From positions 1 through 64,000 of IMG/VR virus record IMGVR_UViG_3300037755_000591: a stretch of DNA of 64,000 nt, one strand, 5' to 3'. The notes beneath the pieces were generated by a model. The model was not told where the DNA came from. It made no database searches and saw only the letters and a list, made by a program, of their open reading frames with translations. Below are positions 19,687-29,106 of this stretch, piece after piece; the stretch's first letter is position 1, and each line of letters starts with the position of its first letter. The DNA comes from a virus. Taxonomy: Duplodnaviria > Caudoviricetes. The position numbers and the translations under genes are program-made.

Positions 19687-19722
19687 TAAAAACCTTCGGA
19701 TTCGTTAGTCCGAAGGTTTTTA
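19687..19722. terminator. Bidirectional terminator between convergent arms
   Basis: TAAAAACCTTCGGA / TCCGAAGGTTTTTA perfect 14-bp stem. Confidence 0.85.
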
Positions 19723-20044
19723 ATATAGGAGATAAACCTACCATATCTTGTCTGCTCACGGCTTGGGAATGTCTACAAAGGGGATGTGTGCCGTGTTTGG
19801 AGGTTGAAATAATCATACCACAAGGTAAAACGCAAAACAATCAATTAACGTTCGGTTGTCTGTGATATATACCTAATTGAATTGCTATAATGAAAACGAG
19901 GGCTGCTATGCGCCCTCGCCTGTCAATCATTTCATTGGGGACTACCTTATCATAAATTATTCCAAAGCGATGTTATGACCATTCGGCATGAGCATTCTCC
20001 GTTATAACTTAATCTCTGTAGAAACGATATGAACAGTCTATATT

Positions 20045-20620
20045 TTACTCGTCATCAGTACGCAAAACAAGTGTTCCAAATATTTCACCCGTTGTTGGAA
20101 TGTCCAACTCGCCTACTTGTAACATGATCCACCCGTGCTTTAAGCGACGATAGGACATTTTTGCAGCCTTCGCAATCGTTAACGAGGTTGTCTTGCCTTC
20201 TTTGGAGGCTTTGATATGGGCCTCCAATTCTGCTTGTGACCAATTATTCGCTACCGCACGATCCATCCAGTAGTGAGGCCGCTTAGAATGCGCGGCAACG
20301 CAATGCATTGTCCATGTATGATCTGCATACCGCTCATCAAATATCTTTGATGTTCGGTATCGCCGTCGGATCAGCGACGGCGACCGGTTCACATCGGCAG
20401 CCACCTTATCAAAGAAGTCGCTCCGTTCCTTCGACCGTGCCACGCCCGGAAAGCGTTCTTGAACTTGTTCATAAATCAGGTCGCCTTGCGCCCACAATGC
20501 CCCATTTTCGCCGTCTAGGGCTTGGCGTAAGCGATCAACAAAGTCAGTGTAATTTTGGTCTATATAGTCGTTTGCAAACTCGTCTATATAAACATTTTCG
20601 ATAGCCATACCAGCAATCAT
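20045..20620 (-). CDS. Hypothetical helical/HTH-like protein
   Basis: 191 aa; LWAQGDL..KVAADVNRSPSLIRRRYRTS..WSQAEL pattern. Confidence 0.6.
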   Translation of the reverse strand: MIAGMAIENVYIDEFANDYIDQNYTDFVDRLRQALDGENGALWAQGDLIYEQVQERFPGVARSKERSDFFDKVAADVNRSPSLIRRRYRTSKIFDERYADHTWTMHCVAAHSKRPHYWMDRAVANNWSQAELEAHIKASKEGKTTSLTIAKAAKMSYRRLKHGWIMLQVGELDIPTTGEIFGTLVLRTDDE

Positions 20621-20621
20621 A

Positions 20622-21086
20622 TCAGACCTCTTTAGCTTTCACTTCTAGGAAACGATATTCGGGATACAAAACTTGAAATAACTTAGCACAGATGATGTAG
20701 TCCCGCGTTCGATGACCTTTTACATCGACAACAGTAGGGACACCAGCTTCAATATAATAAAAATCAGCGGTATAGGTAACCTCTCTGATTGGTTTTCCAT
20801 CATAATTTTTGAATTTGGGTATCAGTTCAAATTGCGGCTGAAGTAACAATCCTGATATGTCGCCAATAGTTTGACGGATATCGAGTTGGATAAAATAGTC
20901 TCGTTCCGCTTCGGAATCAAAATCCAGCAACACATCCCCATGGGAATACGTCACCGGATTGTTGTTGAATTTCCGACGCTTTGGCTTGCCACCATCCGCC
21001 TGCTGTTTTGCTAATTCTCGCAACAAATCAGGCGGTAAGTGTTTGTTGATCTCAGGATCAATATGATTAAGAATAGTGGTGTCCAT
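20622..21086 (-). CDS. DUF1064-family PD-(D/E)xK endonuclease
   Basis: KFNN..FDSEAE..LQPQFELIPK..TYTADF..VDVKG. Confidence 0.85.
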   Translation of the reverse strand: MDTTILNHIDPEINKHLPPDLLRELAKQQADGGKPKRRKFNNNPVTYSHGDVLLDFDSEAERDYFIQLDIRQTIGDISGLLLQPQFELIPKFKNYDGKPIREVTYTADFYYIEAGVPTVVDVKGHRTRDYIICAKLFQVLYPEYRFLEVKAKEV

Positions 21087-21161
21087 GTGTGACTCAAATA
21101 GTCAGGAAGAATATCCTGATTCTATCACTAGACTATTCGAATTGCAATCAAGGCAACTGGG

Positions 21162-22280
21162 TCACGAGGGAATTACTTTGACAATATACCGTTTAATTTC
21201 TCGCAAGGCATCAATGATACCGCGAAAGTAATCTCGGTCAGCGGTAGATTGGGTGTTCATTTGTTCTTCAACAGCCGAATCAAGCTCACTTTCAATGTGT
21301 TGCCATATTTCGTTTAATGTCACCATCGCCTGTTCTGGATCAAGGTCTAGGATATTTGAGGACGTTTCTACAGAAGCTTCTTGTTTCTGAGATGGGGGAT
21401 AAACACCAAAGTCAGGGGTCTTTGTCGGCACATCATCGCCTAAAAACGTATAACCCTCAGTCGGATAGGCGATGTGATTATCATCCACATAATCTTTATT
21501 GTTTTTTATGGAAACCATTAAATCATCTTGTGGACTTGGAGTCTCATCAGTGTCACTTAGCACGCGCTGCACCGTGCGGGTAACTTGGCTTTCATGGTGC
21601 TGTCGTGCCTTTTCTTCTTCCTTGCGCCGCCGAGCTTCTGCGTCCCGCACCGCTTGCTCTTCCCGTTCCCGCTTCCAGCGCTCTTGATTAGCAGCGCGTA
21701 TGTTGGCGCGATCCATAATCTTCCCATTACTGGTGAGAATATCACAGTCTTGGAGTGAATAAGGATCAACCCCTTCCGGGAATAAATGTGACTTTTCTTC
21801 GATAAGTTTGCTGATGATGCGTCGCACCGTCGCGCCGCCGATACCAAGCTCTGCCGCCAATAATTCATCGGCGGGTTTGAGGGTGTAAACACCATCCTCG
21901 ACGACAAAATTGCCATATTGGTAAACGGCACGATCCTCAATAATTTTGCGCTTATCTTCTCTGGTGAGTTGAATGCCATGTTCATTATTAACTTGCTCAG
22001 AATACATCCGAGCAGCTTTCCAGTCGCCTTCGTAAACTATCGCTTCTATCGACTCTTCTTCAAGACGGCGACTCATCTCAACGCGATGCCAGCCATCCCC
22101 GATCCGATATTTCTCATCGTCAGCATCCCAAAATAAAACGATAGGGGGTGGGACTTCCCCGTGTTTTTTTCGTTCGATGTACATGTTAAGTACATCTTCA
22201 TCAAGGGCAACTCTTGGTTGAACCCTCGTGTCGAGGTCAATTTCATCTAGCCTGATGTTCATAATTGTTTGATCTGACAC
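21162..22280 (-). CDS. ParB-like N-terminal domain protein
   Basis: IRLDEI..QPRVALDED..PPIVL..IGDGWHRVE; charged coiled-coil C-terminal region. Confidence 0.75.
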   Translation of the reverse strand: MSDQTIMNIRLDEIDLDTRVQPRVALDEDVLNMYIERKKHGEVPPPIVLFWDADDEKYRIGDGWHRVEMSRRLEEESIEAIVYEGDWKAARMYSEQVNNEHGIQLTREDKRKIIEDRAVYQYGNFVVEDGVYTLKPADELLAAELGIGGATVRRIISKLIEEKSHLFPEGVDPYSLQDCDILTSNGKIMDRANIRAANQERWKREREEQAVRDAEARRRKEEEKARQHHESQVTRTVQRVLSDTDETPSPQDDLMVSIKNNKDYVDDNHIAYPTEGYTFLGDDVPTKTPDFGVYPPSQKQEASVETSSNILDLDPEQAMVTLNEIWQHIESELDSAVEEQMNTQSTADRDYFRGIIDALREIKRYIVKVIPS

Positions 22281-22326
22281 ATATATCCCTTTCTTAACAT
22301 TCCCATTACATCAACAATTTTAACAC

Positions 22327-22351
22327 AAAAAATCACCAGTGTGAGGTGATT
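22327..22351 (-). terminator. Rho-independent terminator
   Basis: AATCACC-7-GGTGATT followed by TTTT on the minus strand. Confidence 0.55.
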
Positions 22352-22387
22352 TCTCTATTCTGTACATATTTTAACGCAATTTAAATG

Positions 22388-22951
22388 CTACTCTGAAGAC
22401 TGATCTTCATCATGATTTAATACCTCTATTGCCTGTTTAAGATACCATTTAATAAACCGGTTAATGTGGCGTAGTTGCTCAGTTAGTTCGCTATTAATCT
22501 TGTTGAGCCGTTCAGTTACTTCGCTTAGCATAAATGAATCAGGCTTTTTTGCATCGAGTGAATCTTCATCAACAAAAAGCGTATCATAAATATCATCTAC
22601 TTCATATCGCCCTGACCGGACGACGGACAAAAATGCTTCATCATCAATTCTGGCTAGTCGCCGGGCTTCATGCAAAAAGGCAGACTGTGAACTACCCACT
22701 AAACCATTCCATTCACGATCATCCCCATCTTGTAGATTAGCTACCTGAAACAAGGTCTGAGCAAAAGCAACCAGTAACTTATATGCCCATCGAAAATTGC
22801 GTTCAGCTTCATCAGCATAAGTTAGCGTATCTGTATCTGTGAGCGTATTATTCCAAGATGGCAAATTAACGACCGCATTATTTAACCAACTCAAACAGTC
22901 CTTACATAAAGGTCCTTCTTTAGTTTTCTTCGAACAACGAACGCAATTCAT
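22388..22951 (-). CDS. Hypothetical protein with N-terminal CxxC..CxxC
   Basis: CVRC..LCKDC; AAGGGTG RBS. Confidence 0.6.
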   Translation of the reverse strand: MNCVRCSKKTKEGPLCKDCLSWLNNAVVNLPSWNNTLTDTDTLTYADEAERNFRWAYKLLVAFAQTLFQVANLQDGDDREWNGLVGSSQSAFLHEARRLARIDDEAFLSVVRSGRYEVDDIYDTLFVDEDSLDAKKPDSFMLSEVTERLNKINSELTEQLRHINRFIKWYLKQAIEVLNHDEDQSSE

Positions 22952-22963
22952 GAATACACCCTT

Positions 22964-23389
22964 TTAGCTAAATAAAGATAATTGATTTGACGGCGGCTTT
23001 ATTTCCTGCCAAACCACATCCAGCCGCTTTCCTATCATTTGGGCAACCGGTAAGCGATGACAAGTTGCCAAGGTCGGGCAGGCACACATCAATATCACCC
23101 CTACGCCTTTATCAAAAACATACCCAATGTCGGCGAGTCCCTTCTCTGGATTCGCAATTTCAATGGGGCCGTCGTTGTTATAGTTTCGGTTTCCCAACGC
23201 CGGACACCAATAATAATATCTTTTGCCCATCAGTTTTTTTAAATTAGGGTATCGCCACTCGGAGCGGCGCGATACCGACCTGAAACGAATATCTACAACA
23301 ATAGCATCAAAGTCTATTGCGACCGCCAGAATCTTTTCAGGGGTCCAGCCTTTCTTGTTATAACCGATGGTGTAAAGGCTAGGACTCAT
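22964..23389 (-). CDS. DUF488-family protein
   Basis: LYTIGY..VVDIRF..LGN..LMCAC..CHR; ends NQLSLFS. Confidence 0.85.
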   Translation of the reverse strand: MSPSLYTIGYNKKGWTPEKILAVAIDFDAIVVDIRFRSVSRRSEWRYPNLKKLMGKRYYYWCPALGNRNYNNDGPIEIANPEKGLADIGYVFDKGVGVILMCACPTLATCHRLPVAQMIGKRLDVVWQEIKPPSNQLSLFS

Positions 23390-23780
23390 TTTTATATAGC
23401 CGTTTCACGAGTTCCTTGTACCATCTGCCGACTGTCATTTGTGTCGCCGATTCGTTTCCAGTCAGAAATAGCTCTGTGCAGACGGCATAATGTAGGCGTT
23501 CATGATGTGACCAACTTTTGCGATCATTATACCAATCGACCATATGGTCAATGTTCACTTGAGTTGGTTTAACTAGCCCTTCTATAGGCGTTTTATCTGC
23601 GCTCCCCTCAACGACCAACTTTTCGTACATGTGCTTTGCAAGGCTGTATGAAGCCAATGACTCTCGATGCTCCATAAGTGTCACGGCTTCTGATCTACTT
23701 TTGATAAGGTCAATACGACCTATCATTTCTTCGATTTTTGACTCTAGCCAGTGCAGATATTCATCCATTTCAATCCCCAT
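23379..23780 (-). CDS. Hypothetical protein
   Basis: Translationally coupled; 133 aa. Confidence 0.55.
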   Translation of the reverse strand: MGIEMDEYLHWLESKIEEMIGRIDLIKSRSEAVTLMEHRESLASYSLAKHMYEKLVVEGSADKTPIEGLVKPTQVNIDHMVDWYNDRKSWSHHERLHYAVCTELFLTGNESATQMTVGRWYKELVKRLYKNES

Positions 23781-24015
23781 CTTCGTTTAGTTTGTCCTCA
23801 ATTGCCATTCTTTGTGCAGCCAGATGGATAGGACTAATCACTCGCATCGTGTCCTTCGGAAGGGGAGACCCTAACACATCGGCTATTCCTACCCAAAACA
23901 TATAATGCTCCAAGCACTTCCTCGTGATGCCGTCAGTCTCAGTCCACACAAACTCGATGCTTGCTATATCCTCGCATCCTTCAGTCTCGCATGGGTAATA
24001 TTCTGTGGGAATCAT
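23770..24015 (-). CDS. Small Zn-finger-like protein
   Basis: CETEGC..CLEH. Confidence 0.55.
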   Translation of the reverse strand: MIPTEYYPCETEGCEDIASIEFVWTETDGITRKCLEHYMFWVGIADVLGSPLPKDTMRVISPIHLAAQRMAIEDKLNEDGD

Positions 24016-24755
24016 TTGCTGCCTCTTTCTAGACCTAGCTCCAATTGATAGGTCGCCACTGGTAATCTGCGGCGTTTTGGTGCTTGATTAAACATAGTCA
24101 TGATATTCTCACAGGAGCGGCGAAACGCTTCAAGGTGAACAGCTTCTTTGCGATAATCACCGGCTTCTGCCAGACGCGGCCAGTGCTTGTTTTTTGCTGT
24201 CGGATGCTGCTCATACTGAAAAAAACGTCCGCCCCGTGCATGTTTATTCCATGCGTTGCCATCGCAACTTCGGACATCTAGCCCGCCGTAACCAGCGATT
24301 TTATATTGCTCCAATGGACTACCACCTAGCAAGTGCATTGGCCAGCCGACAAATTCTGCGAGTGGCACATCTGTACCACCGTACTTAGTCCAAACCGAGT
24401 AGGCTAACCGTACCCGCTTGCCGGCAATGATGCGCGGTAGGCGTTGAATGCCGTACCATACTTTCGGAATGATTAAAACTTCATCCACGTATGGCGCGAT
24501 GTCTTCAGCCCAACCTAGAATTTCTGGAAGTTGATCGTCTTGCATCCAGTCCAACACGGTCGCCATAGAAGGCTTGTGTTTCGCTACAGCCTCAACGTAG
24601 GACGTGCGGCGAGGTGCTTTGTATTCGTTGTCTGCAAAATATAAAGGTTCATGGTAGACGATAGCTGGCAACCGTGCGCCCGGCAAAAACCCATAGGAGA
24701 GCGCAATCTCCATATAGGTGTTATTGTTGCCAGCACAGTAGATTAAATCTATCAT
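24012..24755 (-). CDS. TGT/DpdA-like TIM-barrel protein (DUF6610-like)
   Basis: YVEAVAKHKPSMATVLDW, IIPK, MHLLGGSP and VRSCDGN resemble tRNA-guanine transglycosylase-fold motifs. Confidence 0.55.
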   Translation of the reverse strand: MIDLIYCAGNNNTYMEIALSYGFLPGARLPAIVYHEPLYFADNEYKAPRRTSYVEAVAKHKPSMATVLDWMQDDQLPEILGWAEDIAPYVDEVLIIPKVWYGIQRLPRIIAGKRVRLAYSVWTKYGGTDVPLAEFVGWPMHLLGGSPLEQYKIAGYGGLDVRSCDGNAWNKHARGGRFFQYEQHPTAKNKHWPRLAEAGDYRKEAVHLEAFRRSCENIMTMFNQAPKRRRLPVATYQLELGLERGSK

Positions 24756-24794
24756 TCCAATCTTCTTTTCAACCGGGAAGAAATTCTTCTTGGT

Positions 24795-25004
24795 TCAGTC
24801 TGTCGATGGGGGTGGTATATCATTTATCATGCGATAACTGGCACATTGATTTTCGTAATATTCAATGAGCTTAAATGTTCCTTCTCGCTGAATAAAGACA
24901 TGTTCAAAGTTCTCTGGAAGAATTGACATATCATCAATTTTTCGTAGCTCCTGCTTCAGTTGTGGTATCCGATACATCATGTGATCGTATTGTTTCTGAT
25001 TCAT
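24795..25004 (-). CDS. Hypothetical protein
   Basis: 69 aa; AGGA RBS. Confidence 0.5.
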   Translation of the reverse strand: MNQKQYDHMMYRIPQLKQELRKIDDMSILPENFEHVFIQREGTFKLIEYYENQCASYRMINDIPPPSTD

Positions 25005-25038
25005 GCGGATCTTCCTAGCAAGTCCATTCTAGCTACGC

Positions 25039-25221
25039 TCACGATTTCTCAAACATAATGACACACACATCACAAAAGGTATCACCTTGCGATTCATCCT
25101 CTATATCGTAGAAATTAACATTATCAACAGGCGAATATCCGCCCATGCACCGGCTGCAAAACTCAACGCCGCAGTGTGAACATGTCAAGATGTCATCATT
25201 ACAAACTTCGCAGATTTCCAT
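25039..25221 (-). CDS. Small Cys-rich Zn-finger protein
   Basis: CEVC, CSHC, CSRC, CDVC; GGAG RBS. Confidence 0.6.
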   Translation of the reverse strand: MEICEVCNDDILTCSHCGVEFCSRCMGGYSPVDNVNFYDIEDESQGDTFCDVCVIMFEKS

Positions 25222-25279
25222 TTCATATCTCCATTTTGTCTAAATGTTATCAAATCAGACGGGTAACAGTATGTCCGCA

Positions 25280-25525
25280 CTATTCATCTGGCACTTTGCC
25301 TTGATACTGCCGACACCAAAACTCTTTGCCATCCAAGGATACCTCTATGGGATTGATACAGCGGAACTCGTCTTCTCTTCTGACATAGACGGAGCGCTCA
25401 CCTTGTCTAATAACTTCTACAGGTTGCCCACAATGAATACATTCTTTACATTCACCCGACAGAAGCTTAGCTAACCGTGTCATCACAATAGCGGCCTGCT
25501 TCATAACATCGTCGTTATCATCCAT
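25280..25525 (-). CDS. Hypothetical protein
   Basis: CIHC motif; AAGG RBS. Confidence 0.55.
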   Translation of the reverse strand: MDDNDDVMKQAAIVMTRLAKLLSGECKECIHCGQPVEVIRQGERSVYVRREDEFRCINPIEVSLDGKEFWCRQYQGKVPDE

Positions 25526-25528
25526 CCT

Positions 25529-25822
25529 TCAGTTCGTCCCTCTATCGACAGCAGAGAACCCACCAGCCATTATCTGAGTAAAGGTTCCGTTATCTGCCGT
25601 CATCAAATCCGTACATATCTGGGACGCAGTTTGAACACCAAGCTCAGTTAATTTGACACCCTCGGCGCACGGCTCCAATATCCCAAGTTCAAGTAATGAC
25701 TGTTTCACATCATGGATGGCAATGAAGTCACTGGTGGGATCAACATCTTGTGTTGGATTAATGTAAAAAGAGGCCAGCCATCTAATCTGGTCTTGGTTGA
25801 GGTCAAGGATTAATCGACTCAT
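25529..25822 (-). CDS. Hypothetical winged-helix-like protein
   Basis: SLLELGIL..VKLTELG; AGAGG RBS. Confidence 0.5.
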   Translation of the reverse strand: MSRLILDLNQDQIRWLASFYINPTQDVDPTSDFIAIHDVKQSLLELGILEPCAEGVKLTELGVQTASQICTDLMTADNGTFTQIMAGGFSAVDRGTN

Positions 25823-25832
25823 GAGATACCTC

Positions 25833-25852
25833 TATTTGAACTAATTCAATTA
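25833..25852 (-). promoter_or_regulatory. 20-bp palindromic site, copy 5
   Basis: Minus strand TAATTGAAT-TA-GTTCAAATA, about 10 nt after stop 25863 and directly before an RBS. Confidence 0.8.
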
Positions 25853-25862
25853 AAGAATTTAT

Positions 25863-26090
25863 CTAACGTTCCTGATCCCAATCCGGCGCTTCTAGTCTGC
25901 CAGTTGTGTCTTCATAGCGCATCACGGGACGGATCATAATAATATGTTGTGCAGCATGGATAGCAGATAAGAACTCAGTTTTGTCGCGATAGTGCTGCAC
26001 TGGAAGCTTTTGAAACTTATTCCATGCTTCTGAAATTAATTCCATTACCTCATGTTCTTCAGGGGTGAATATATCCTTTTTCTCGTTCAT
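25863..26090 (-). CDS. Hypothetical protein
   Basis: 75 aa; EVMELISEAWNKFQKLPVQH..EFLSAIHAAQ. Confidence 0.6.
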   Translation of the reverse strand: MNEKKDIFTPEEHEVMELISEAWNKFQKLPVQHYRDKTEFLSAIHAAQHIIMIRPVMRYEDTTGRLEAPDWDQER

Positions 26091-26092
26091 AT

Positions 26093-26374
26093 TTAGAAGT
26101 TTTTTGCCTTAGCCTTAGCCTTGAGAAAATCAAGCCCTGTCCAGTTATCAATAATCTCGCTACACTTCTGAATAGCTTCTTCTCGTGTTTTGAATGGTTC
26201 CTTAATGAATAGTCGCGCCCACCCTATATCCTCAATTTCCCAAGGCGATCCCTGAAACGGGGTTGGTGTGCCGTCGTCTAGTGTTGCGATTACCCACCAT
26301 AGCTCATATTCCGCTTCAACGCGGCGAATATCTTCAAGATCATCTTCAGTTATGTTGATGCGTTTCTTGCTCAT
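26093..26374 (-). CDS. Hypothetical protein
   Basis: ATGA coupling; 93 aa. Confidence 0.55.
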   Translation of the reverse strand: MSKKRINITEDDLEDIRRVEAEYELWWVIATLDDGTPTPFQGSPWEIEDIGWARLFIKEPFKTREEAIQKCSEIIDNWTGLDFLKAKAKAKNF

Positions 26375-26631
26375 TTCATATTTAATCCTAAATTAAATCC
26401 AATAACAGAAACCTCATCATCAGTAGCCGCCTCGCACCAATGAATAAAATCCGCTAACGAACAGCCTCCCATAAAAACGATTACCCACTCATCGTCAGGA
26501 ATTTCGCCATTATGTTCCACAACCTTAACAATCAAATCATGGCTTTCTGACAGAGCATATGTGCCGCCGCCAACTTTAATATGCCAGCCGTCAAGTAATG
26601 CACGTAAAATAATCACACTTTTGGGAAGCAT
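26371..26631 (-). CDS. Hypothetical protein
   Basis: TAATG coupling; 86 aa. Confidence 0.55.
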   Translation of the reverse strand: MLPKSVIILRALLDGWHIKVGGGTYALSESHDLIVKVVEHNGEIPDDEWVIVFMGGCSLADFIHWCEAATDDEVSVIGFNLGLNMK

Positions 26632-27017
26632 TACTTTTTCTTCTTCTGCATATTAGAAGGTTTTGGGCGTGCTTGCTTGGATTCCTTCATTTTTAATTTG
26701 CGCTCAACTTCCTCGTTCCAGTCGCGAATTGCTGCTGGAACTGAGTTGAGTAAATTGTGCAATTCTTCCCCAAAGTCTTCCGGGTGCAATAACATGTCAG
26801 GAATGTTGGCGCATACAACCGTACACACCGCATTGTTCAATACCGCCTTTTCAATACGGGGGGGCTTGTATTTTTCGATTTGCCGATTCAACAAAACGCC
26901 CAAGACTTCCGGCGTTAATTGATGGCAGATAATGTAAAAGTATCCAAGCAAAATTGGATGCCGCTTCACATCAAATTCTAAATTCTCAATGATCTTTTCA
27001 AGGTCTACTAATTCCAT
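26631..27017 (-). CDS. Hypothetical protein
   Basis: 128 aa; basic C-terminus. Confidence 0.55.
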   Translation of the reverse strand: MELVDLEKIIENLEFDVKRHPILLGYFYIICHQLTPEVLGVLLNRQIEKYKPPRIEKAVLNNAVCTVVCANIPDMLLHPEDFGEELHNLLNSVPAAIRDWNEEVERKLKMKESKQARPKPSNMQKKKK

Positions 27018-27065
27018 CTGACTTGCTCAACAATCTTCTGTTTTTCGAGAGGAAATGTTTTTATG

Positions 27066-28414
27066 TGACATACTCTCCCCGTTAAAAACGGGGAGCATCT
27101 GACGTTAGCGCCGAATGCTCTGTTGACCAGAGTCTTCTATCGACTGAGACAGTATGAGGCGATGCCCCGCCTCTAAAATGTTTAATGCTGCGTTGTGGTC
27201 ACGATCTAGCACAATGCCACAGTCAGTGCATTCAAAAACGCGGTCTTTTAATTCCAGTTTTTGTTTGCAACCGCAGGTTGAACACTTACCAGTGGTGCGT
27301 TCCCATCGGTCGATGAACAACACCTCTTTGCCACGCTTGAAGGCAACCCATTGCAAAATCTTGATGAACTGTGCAAAACCCAAATCGGATACCTTGCGCC
27401 CCCACAAGCGTTTCATACCTGCTAGACTCAAGTCCTCAAATACCAGCGTATCGTATTGGTCACACAAATCATGCGCCAATTGAAAGTGAAAGTTTAATCG
27501 TTTATCACTGATACGAATATGACGACGGGCAAGATGCCGTTTGCCTTGATACTGGTTCTCGGAGCATTTGCTTTTCTTGGAGACTTGCTTTTGTATTTGA
27601 CGCAAGCGCGGTAAGTCCTGCTTGAAAAACTCTGGCGCGTCTTCTTTGTGGCCTGTGTTGGTGGTGAGAAAGGTCTTTAATCCAAAATCAAAACCGCCGA
27701 TTTGACCTGTGCTGATTTTGTCTGGAACTGCCATTTTCTCAACAACTGAAAAGCAAAGCCACAAGTTACCTACTGCATCGCGCTTAATGGTGACAGTTTT
27801 TATATCACCTTGTAATGGACGATGATAGACAAATTTGTAGTTGGTTTTGCCAATGCTGATTTTACGATGTTGCTTGGTGGGTGTTTCATCATGCAATTTC
27901 CAACCTGCTTGTTTTAAAGTAAAGGAACTATATCGCTTGACCTTCTTGAAACGCGGCAATCCACCTTCTTTTGCAAAGAAGCGTTGATAGGCTTTTTCGT
28001 GACGCTCAATTATATCCTGTACGGCTTGAGAGCCTAACTTGCGCCAATACGCATACTTCTCGGTTTGCATTCGTAGTTTAGCGATATGTTTCTTCATTCG
28101 GTTTTCGGAGATGTGCTTGCCAAACAAATGATAGTAGCGTTTTTGCAAAGCGGTAACGTGATTCCAGACGATGCCAGCAATATTAATCTGGTCATGCAAA
28201 CGAAAATCTCGCCTTGAGCGATACAAACGATACTTGTAGGTTTTACGGACTTCGATTATGCTTGGCATAGCTTTAACCCCGTTACGGTTGAAGGGTCAGT
28301 GGGTGTTTCAGCACCGCGACTGACACTCCACATTTTAACACACTTGTTCCAGAAATACTAGCCATTACGCCTTATATCCCCCGTTTGAAAACGGGAGTTT
28401 TACGGCGTTTTTCG
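27066..28414 (-). mobile_element. IS200/IS605-family element, tnpB only (IS1341-like)
   Basis: Left end after TTAT: CGAAAAACGCCGTAAAACTCCCGTTTTCAAACGGGGGATATAAGGCG; right end CTCCCGTTTTTAACGGGGAGAGTATGTCA; no tnpA. Confidence 0.85.
27105..28268 (-). CDS. tnpB: RNA-guided endonuclease TnpB
   Basis: KTYKYRLY N-terminus; RuvC motifs GFDFGL / VFEDL / DRDHNAA intact; CSTC..CTDC Zn ribbon. Confidence 0.95.
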   Translation of the reverse strand: MPSIIEVRKTYKYRLYRSRRDFRLHDQINIAGIVWNHVTALQKRYYHLFGKHISENRMKKHIAKLRMQTEKYAYWRKLGSQAVQDIIERHEKAYQRFFAKEGGLPRFKKVKRYSSFTLKQAGWKLHDETPTKQHRKISIGKTNYKFVYHRPLQGDIKTVTIKRDAVGNLWLCFSVVEKMAVPDKISTGQIGGFDFGLKTFLTTNTGHKEDAPEFFKQDLPRLRQIQKQVSKKSKCSENQYQGKRHLARRHIRISDKRLNFHFQLAHDLCDQYDTLVFEDLSLAGMKRLWGRKVSDLGFAQFIKILQWVAFKRGKEVLFIDRWERTTGKCSTCGCKQKLELKDRVFECTDCGIVLDRDHNAALNILEAGHRLILSQSIEDSGQQSIRR

Positions 28415-28617
28415 ATAAGGTATTCTTCCTGATGCTCGATGATGGTGAAACGGGTTTCCCCGTTGCCGGAAAATCGAATAGCCATCAACCCAATGTGGGA
28501 ATTAGCATACCATTGGTATTCATGGCCGCTTAGCCGTCCTAAACTCAATAGAAGATTTCTTATGAAAAACATAGTGTCCACCAAAACGTTGTCAGCAAAA
28601 TTGTATCACACTACTAT

Positions 28618-29106
28618 TCACTTACAAACCTCTTTGCTGCCGTCTGTGTGATACAGTATGCCCGGAATGCCAAACTGCTTACACGCTTCAAACGTGTGGC
28701 GCGTACCACGCGAATGATTATGGCACAAGCCAAGAAAGCCATTCGCCGGGGCTTTCGATGCAAGTTGTGCCATGGCCTTATCACGAATTACATAACACGA
28801 TCCAGAGATATTTCCGCCCTGCACTAACCAAGTGATCTTGTCAAGAATACCTTCCCGTGAACGCAATCCCCCATTCACCTCACAACCCACCGCGATCATC
28901 TTATGATAATCTCGCTGGACAACCGCACGCCACACCAAGGTATCTATACCTCGTGCATCGCCTACAATGATCCAGAAGTCTCGTTTGATTGCTTCATCAA
29001 CTGCAAAAAGCGCAAAGTTATCTCGGTTCTCTAAACTTCTGGAACCTGAGATAACTAATGCACCTTTGTTTTGAATAAGCTCAACTAATTTCGGAGGTAT
29101 CATCAC
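28618..29106 (-). CDS. SLOG-superfamily (YspA/DprA-like) protein
   Basis: VISGSRS..IVGDARGIDT..IRDKAM..SRGTRHT. Confidence 0.75.
   Translation of the reverse strand: MMIPPKLVELIQNKGALVISGSRSLENRDNFALFAVDEAIKRDFWIIVGDARGIDTLVWRAVVQRDYHKMIAVGCEVNGGLRSREGILDKITWLVQGGNISGSCYVIRDKAMAQLASKAPANGFLGLCHNHSRGTRHTFEACKQFGIPGILYHTDGSKEVCK

Larger units (their letters stand above)
27008..28584 (-). pseudogene. Small phage gene interrupted by the IS element
   Basis: Joining 28415 to 27065 restores the frame ..EEYLI-IKTFPLEKQKIVEQVRWN* with the stop overlapping the next ATG (27017). Confidence 0.6.

Noticed and set aside
21134-21153. Palindrome copy after the ParB-like stop
   Set aside because: One half matches 8/9, but the other needs a 1-bp shift; not counted.
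27066-28414. IStron (group I intron plus IS)
   Set aside because: Only ~146 nt lie between the left end and tnpB; no room for, or sign of, a group I intron core.
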